Positions 58,679-64,000 of a stretch of 64,000 nucleotides of DNA are shown one piece after another (the stretch's first letter is position 1; every line of letters begins with the position of its first letter). Made by a program: the position numbers and the translations under genes. Source of the stretch: Vitrella brassicaformis CCMP3155 (lineage: Eukaryota; Protista; Chromerida). The DNA is taken from NCBI GenBank assembly GCA_001179505.1, contig CDMY01000477.1, positions 124,001 to 188,000 on the forward strand, written 5' to 3'. The notes under the pieces are model-generated. The model saw only the letters and a program-made list of their open reading frames with translations, was not told the origin of the DNA and did no database searches.

Positions 58679-61600
58679 ATGAGGAATTTGGTGTCAGGAT
58701 CTCAGGGGTGTGCCCCTTCTGACGTGACGGCCCGCGGAGCCACCGCACAGCGGAACCCGCTGATGCGCTTTGCTCACGCTGTGATGCATGACCCTCTCAG
58801 GACACAGCAGGTGGGGCACAACCATACGCATGAGCCGCTCATGCCTCAAGATTCATGTGTTTGCCTCTGTGTGTGTGTGTGTGTTTTGTTTAAATCTTTG
58901 TGTTGTCTGTCTGTCAGATTCGCGAGGGGTACCATCGCCACCCTCTCTCGTCAGGAGGCAAGCTTGCCTCCCCCGAGGATGTCCACCCATCGGCTGTCGA
59001 CGAGTTCAAGCAGCCACAGCAGCACACACCACCCGAGGCGCTCGATGCGGCGTGGAACGATGCGTCCACCTACAGGCACCCACCGCCATACCCCCTGCCC
59101 CACGCACACGCCCATGCGCCGCCAATCGGTCTGCCGATGCATCAGCAGCTGGAGGGGCTGGTGAGAGCGCAGCAGCATGGCCCTGGTGCGGTGAACGAGC
59201 TGGATTTCTTCTCGGCGTACCAGCAGCAGCAGCAGCGGCAGATGCGGGAGGATGTGGGGGCATCACGGCCGAGCGACGCGCCCGCACCGAGTGTGCAGCA
59301 GGAGTAAGTGGGCAGGCAGGCAGGCAGGCAGTGTGACTGATTAACCGTCTTGTCGGTCATCGTGTTGGTCAATCGTTGACTCATTCATTCACTGGTTCAT
59401 CCAGGTCTGTTTGGGCGACTGAGTTCCTGTCAATGCCTCCCCCGACAGCCGCAGCCACAGCCACAGCCACCACAGCGACAGCGACAGCCCCTTCTGTCCC
59501 CTCCTCCCAGCTGCACGCAGCCCCGCCAGCCATGTTCTCAGATGTCTGGCGGGACCCCACACATGTCTGGAGGGATCCCGCACTCATACCACCGCCACCA
59601 TATACGCGTCAGCAGCACCCACCGCAGCAACAGCAGCCTCCTGTGGCTGCCACAAGGGCTGCCGATGAGCAGCAGGTGGCTGCGCAGAGTGACGATACCG
59701 ACCAGCTGGGTCTGGACAGGGTGGGCTGGGGCAAAGCAAAGCAACGGGCGGCGATCGATCCAATCCCTTCGCACTGATGTCTGTGTGTGTGTGTGTGTGG
59801 TGCTGTTTGTTTGTGACGCAGGAGCGTGCGCGTCAGTTGGTGGAGCGGCTGCGAGCCACTGGGGAGGAGCGGTTCGCACAGTCCAAGTTCGTCAGCTTTG
59901 TGGACAAAGTGGCCAAGGGCGACATCAACTTCAGACAAAACAAGGCAGGCCGACCACCAACACAATCCAATCCAATCCACCAACACGCTTACTGGTGTGT
60001 GAAATCAAATCAGGTTGTTGACCGAGAGGGCCGGGAGGTGGACTGGGACGAGCTGTACGCCTCACAGCCGTCACCACACCACCAACAGCCGCTGGAAGAG
60101 TCCCTCAACGACGCATGGGACAACGCACTCAACGAGGTACGCACCATGTGACTCAGCCTGTCGCCAATGCATTCCATTCATTTCTCCTCATTGTGTGTGT
60201 GTGGTGTGTTGTTTCAGTTTGTGGCCAAGGGTCCGGAGGAGATGCAGCAGATGTGGCGGGAGCTGGTGCAGGCCAACGAGGACGGCACCGCGGCCGACGG
60301 CGACACCAGGCAGGAGGCGCAAAAACTCGAGGACTTTTTCGAAAAGACATGGCAGAGCTTCAAGCCGCCCGAGGATATGGGTCAGTCAGTGAGTCACTGA
60401 CCAGCAAACACATTATGGGCATTCATTGTTGCTGTGCCCTTGCTGTGTCAGAGTCGCTGTGGCGGGAGGTGGAGGCGAAAGAGGCCTCCCCCGAGCAGCC
60501 ACAGTACCAGTTCCAGCCCAACAACCCCTACACCAACATGCCGTCCCCCCTGCAGCTGGCGCAGGAGCACCTGCAGGCGGGCCGCACCGATGAGGCCATA
60601 CTGGCGTTGGAGGGTGAGGTCTCTCAGAACCCCGAGAGCAGCGAGGGCTGGCGGCTGCTGGGTCAGCTGCACGCCGAGAACGACCAGGACGTGGAGGCCA
60701 TCTACTGCCTCAAGAAGGGACACGAGGTCGACCCCTATAACCTCGACAGCCTCCTGGCATTGGGGGTGTCGTGCACTAACGAGTTGGATGCGCCGCAGGC
60801 ACTCAGGTCAACAGACAGACAGACAGACAGACAAATTGGGAGGCGTCTGTACCCAGCTATCTATCCATTGTGCGTGTGGGGGGCGTGTGTGGTTCTGCGG
60901 TTGGTGATGCGATGCAGTCACCTGAAGACATGGCTGGCAAATCACGAGGAGTTCCAGAGCCTTGACGGCGTCACGGTAAGCACCAGAAGCACCCACACTC
61001 CCAGCCACCAACCCATCCACTCATGTGTGTGTTGTGCTTGACTGATCAGGCCCCCACGCCCCCGCTGAGCGATTTTCTTGCTGTCAAGCAGCAGGTGGCC
61101 TCCCTCTTCACGCGTGCGGCGGCCATGAGTTCAGTCGTCAACAGCCCCGCCCTCACCGATGTGCACGTGGCTTTGGGGGTCGTCCACACCATCGACCGCA
61201 ACTTCGAGGCCGCCATCCACCACTTCGCTGAGGCACTCAAGGCCAGGTCAGACAGACAGCTGAGCACCCCAATGGATGGATGGTATAGTTGTCATTGGAT
61301 GGATGGATGGATTTAGGCCGAAGGACTACTCTCTGTGGAACAAACTGGGTGCGACTTTGGCGAATTCGGGCCACTCCGAGGCCTCCTTGGCAGCGTACCA
61401 CCAGGCGCTTGCGCTGAAGCCCAACTACACCCGGGGCTGGTCCAACCTGGCCATCGCACACGCCAACCTCGGTGGGCTTGATACACACAGCCATGCCATG
61501 GAGACAGGGGAAGGAACGATGAGATGAGTGTGTGTATCTCTCGGGTCGGGTGTGTGTCAGATCACTATGAGGATGCGATTCGGTTTTACTTGACGGCGCT

Positions 61601-61981
61601 GTCGCTCAACGGGAAGGCCAAGCACATATGGCACTACATTCACACCGCTCTCCTGCACCAAGGTCCGTCAGTTTGACAGCGCAGCGGGGGGAGAGAACTT
61701 GTGGTTGTCCCATGCATGTCATCCTTTAGGTCGTTATGACCTGCTGACGGCTGTCGAGCAGCAGAGCGTCCCAGCCCTTGCCACACACTTCCCCGTAAGC
61801 AGTGACACAAACGCGTCAATCACACCACACACACAGGCCAACAGCAGCAACGTGTGTGGTTGTGTGTCGTTGCTGCCAGGGTGTGGTGAGTCGTGATGCG
61901 CTGCCGCCTCCCTCCTCCGAGCCGCCAGAGGACAGCAAGCTGGTGCTCTCGCGCATATACGCCTCACTGGCACACGGATAA
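58679..61981 (+). CDS. PEX5: Peroxisomal PTS1 receptor PEX5
   Basis: N-terminal Cys and NPL motif (MRNLVSGSQGC...NPLMRF). WxxxF/Y motifs WATEF and WDELY. SKFVSFVDKVAKGD segment. YQFQPNNPY followed by TPRs (EGWRLLGQLHAENDQD, YSLWNKLGATLANS, LKPNYTRGWSNLAI). Confidence 0.97.
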
Positions 61982-62329
61982 TGAGACGACACTTGCGCAT
62001 TTCTTCCATGTCCATCTGTGGTTCGGTTGGTCGGTAATCGCAATTTTTTCGTGCTGTATGGTGCGTGCGTGAGGGTTTTTCAGAGGCAGGCGGACCGTCA
62101 GATGGTTCGTTCGTGTGCGCCTATTGCTGATGCCGTTCGTTGAGGGTGTGTGTTGCGTGAGTGTTCATAGCCATGACGCGGACACGTACGTTCCAAACGA
62201 GTCCGTCGAATAAGTCTCACTCACAGCAGTCTTCTGCATTGCCACCCAAGTGTTGCCAGCACCCATCAGCAAGGGACAGGCATGGCTAGGAGCCTGCCAA
62301 CCATGCCCGAGCCTGCCTGACAGGTCTGC

Positions 62330-62428
62330 CCTGCTGTCGTTTTTCTTGGCAATGTCGATGAACGGCTGCAACTCGAGTGCTTCGATTTGCAGCCATTCAT
62401 TGACATGGCCAAGAAGAACGACAGCAGG
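62330..62428. repeat. 99-bp imperfect inverted repeat (42-bp arms, 4 differences)
   Basis: Left arm 62330-62371 versus the reverse complement of 62387-62428: 38 of 42 identical, no gaps. Confidence 0.95.
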
Positions 62429-63409
62429 TGGGTATGTGGATGACGCCACACACACAGCAGGCACAGCAGACCAAGCAAGGAGTTCAAACCACCAAGTGAC
62501 ACAGCAGACAGTGCCGGGGCGGTCAAAGCGAGGCAACACACACACACACACACACACAGGAAAAAGCCGAATCTGCTCGGTCTGTCACACACGCCTCCAT
62601 ACTTGCGAGGTCAGCAATCGTTGCTGCCTGGCTTGCTCCCCCGCACCACGCACAAAGTGACCGACACACGTGCACACACACAGGGGAGTGTGTGTGTCAC
62701 ACAGCCTTAGTCGAGTCAGTCGTCAAAATGAAAAATCTGTTTCGCATATTCGCACACAGACACGTAGGTACGTACGCACAGCAATAAGGCCAATTAAGGT
62801 ATGCAGAGGTCGGCGGCTGTGTGGGTGTGTGGGTGTGTGGGTATGTGGGCGAGAGGCGCGCTGCCTGCCTCTCGTATGGAAGGGCAACCGACAGGCATGT
62901 GTGTGGGTGTGTGTGTCTGTGTCTACCTACGTGTGTGCTGCGGCCTGCCGGAGGGCCTCGCCGCTGACGCACTTCTGTAGGTGTCACTCACGATAGGCAG
63001 CCAGATCAGTGGGGAGTGATCCGTACCAGATGTGAGCGACTCCAAGAGTACGTCACCGGAGGGGCCCTCCTGTGTGTGGCTGTGACCTCTGTCTGGATGG
63101 AAAATCGATCGAGGCAGACAAGGCAGACAGACAGGCAGTAGTGGGAAGCCTTACTTACGGTAGCGGACTATCGACAGGAAAAAACCCTCTCTCTCACATA
63201 ATATGCCCAGACTCAACGAACGGCCAAAAACACCCGACATGTTTGCCCACCTACCCCTCCCCCTCCTTCCTCTCCCTCTCCGCTCGCTGGTAAGGACACT
63301 CGTCCTTTCGGTATAGCACACGCAAAAAACACACGAACGCACGCACAGTCACGCAATGAAGTCAACGCACTTGTCTCTGGGCCATGCCATCCCTGTCAGT
63401 CAGGGTCAG

Positions 63410-63820
63410 TCAGAACATGGGTATGGCCCATGCCGAGTTGCAGTTGAGCAGGCCGCCGGCGAAGAAGGCCACGATGAAGGACAGCACCAGTCCGGACGCT
63501 GATGGAGTCTGGGAGGACGGATGGGGCATGGAGATCTGGCAAGGCTGGATCTCTGCGGGAGCTGGTGGCGGAGATGACACAGCCTGAAACCCCACCAGCA
63601 ACGCAAGACACAGATTCACACACACGGATGGCAAGATCTGTGCATCGAGATCGTGATGCCTCCTCACCTTTTCTGCGTCAGAATCGTCTCCTGCCGTCCG
63701 CTTGGTCATGACGTCTCGGATAGTGAGCTCGACGGTGAGGACGAGCAGCGCGGTGGCCAGAAGGATGATGGCGCAGTGGCTGGCGATAAACAAGACCCGC
63801 ACATGAGGCTTGCTGGTCAT
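63410..63820 (-). CDS. Hypothetical membrane protein; further exons possible toward 62200
   Basis: MTSKPHVRVLFIASHCAIILLATALLVLTVEL... | ...GLVLSFIVAFFAGGLL: two hydrophobic helices with a GT-AG intron between them. Confidence 0.5.
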   Translation of the reverse strand: MTSKPHVRVLFIASHCAIILLATALLVLTVELTIRDVMTKRTAGDDSDAEKVRRHHDLDAQILPSVCVNLCLALLVGFQAVSSPPPAPAEIQPCQISMPHPSSQTPSASGLVLSFIVAFFAGGLLNCNSAWAIPMF

Positions 63821-64000
63821 AGGGGGGAGGGAGGCAGGGAGAGAGGGAGTGGGAGAAGGGAACGGCAGCAAGGAACGGCAGCGAACGAAAAGGAAAGAAA
63901 GAGTCTTGAAAGATGCGCTGCCGATCACTGCCGTCCACCTCCCTGCGCTCGGCTCGCTCCGCCTCGAAACCCCTGACCCCAAACCCTGGACCCTAGTGCT

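Noticed and set aside
1-64000. tRNA, rRNA, transposase, reverse transcriptase or viral genes; bacterial contamination
   Set aside because: None recognised by eye, and spliceosomal introns run throughout. Small ncRNAs could be missed without covariance searches.

Overview
Intron-rich, GC-rich eukaryotic DNA with microsatellite-filled introns ((CA)n, (GACA)n, (GATG)n) and nucleus-encoded proteins carrying bipartite plastid-targeting peptides. The style fits the chromerid alga Vitrella brassicaformis (inference, not a database match). About 20 genes are supported: a full-size ABCA transporter, a plastid FtsH1/5-type protease, a FAAL-like adenylation protein with degenerate motifs, a MORN-SAM-TKL pseudokinase, a three-repeat Myb factor, SRP receptor beta, a secreted SUEL-lectin/PAN-like protein, a plastid ENH1-like rubredoxin, an LRAT-family protein, a TFIIIC90-like protein, PEX5 and several hypotheticals. 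Most supplied ORFs are intron read-through or antisense artefacts, so gene models were spliced by eye and boundaries are approximate. Main unexplained structure: genes form head-to-head pairs about 65-330 bp apart, and all seven gaps contain the same 8-mer TGCGAGCT/AGCTCGCA, with an eighth, palindromic copy upstream of another gene. A 99-nt near-perfect hairpin lies downstream of PEX5. There is one 300-nt assembly gap.
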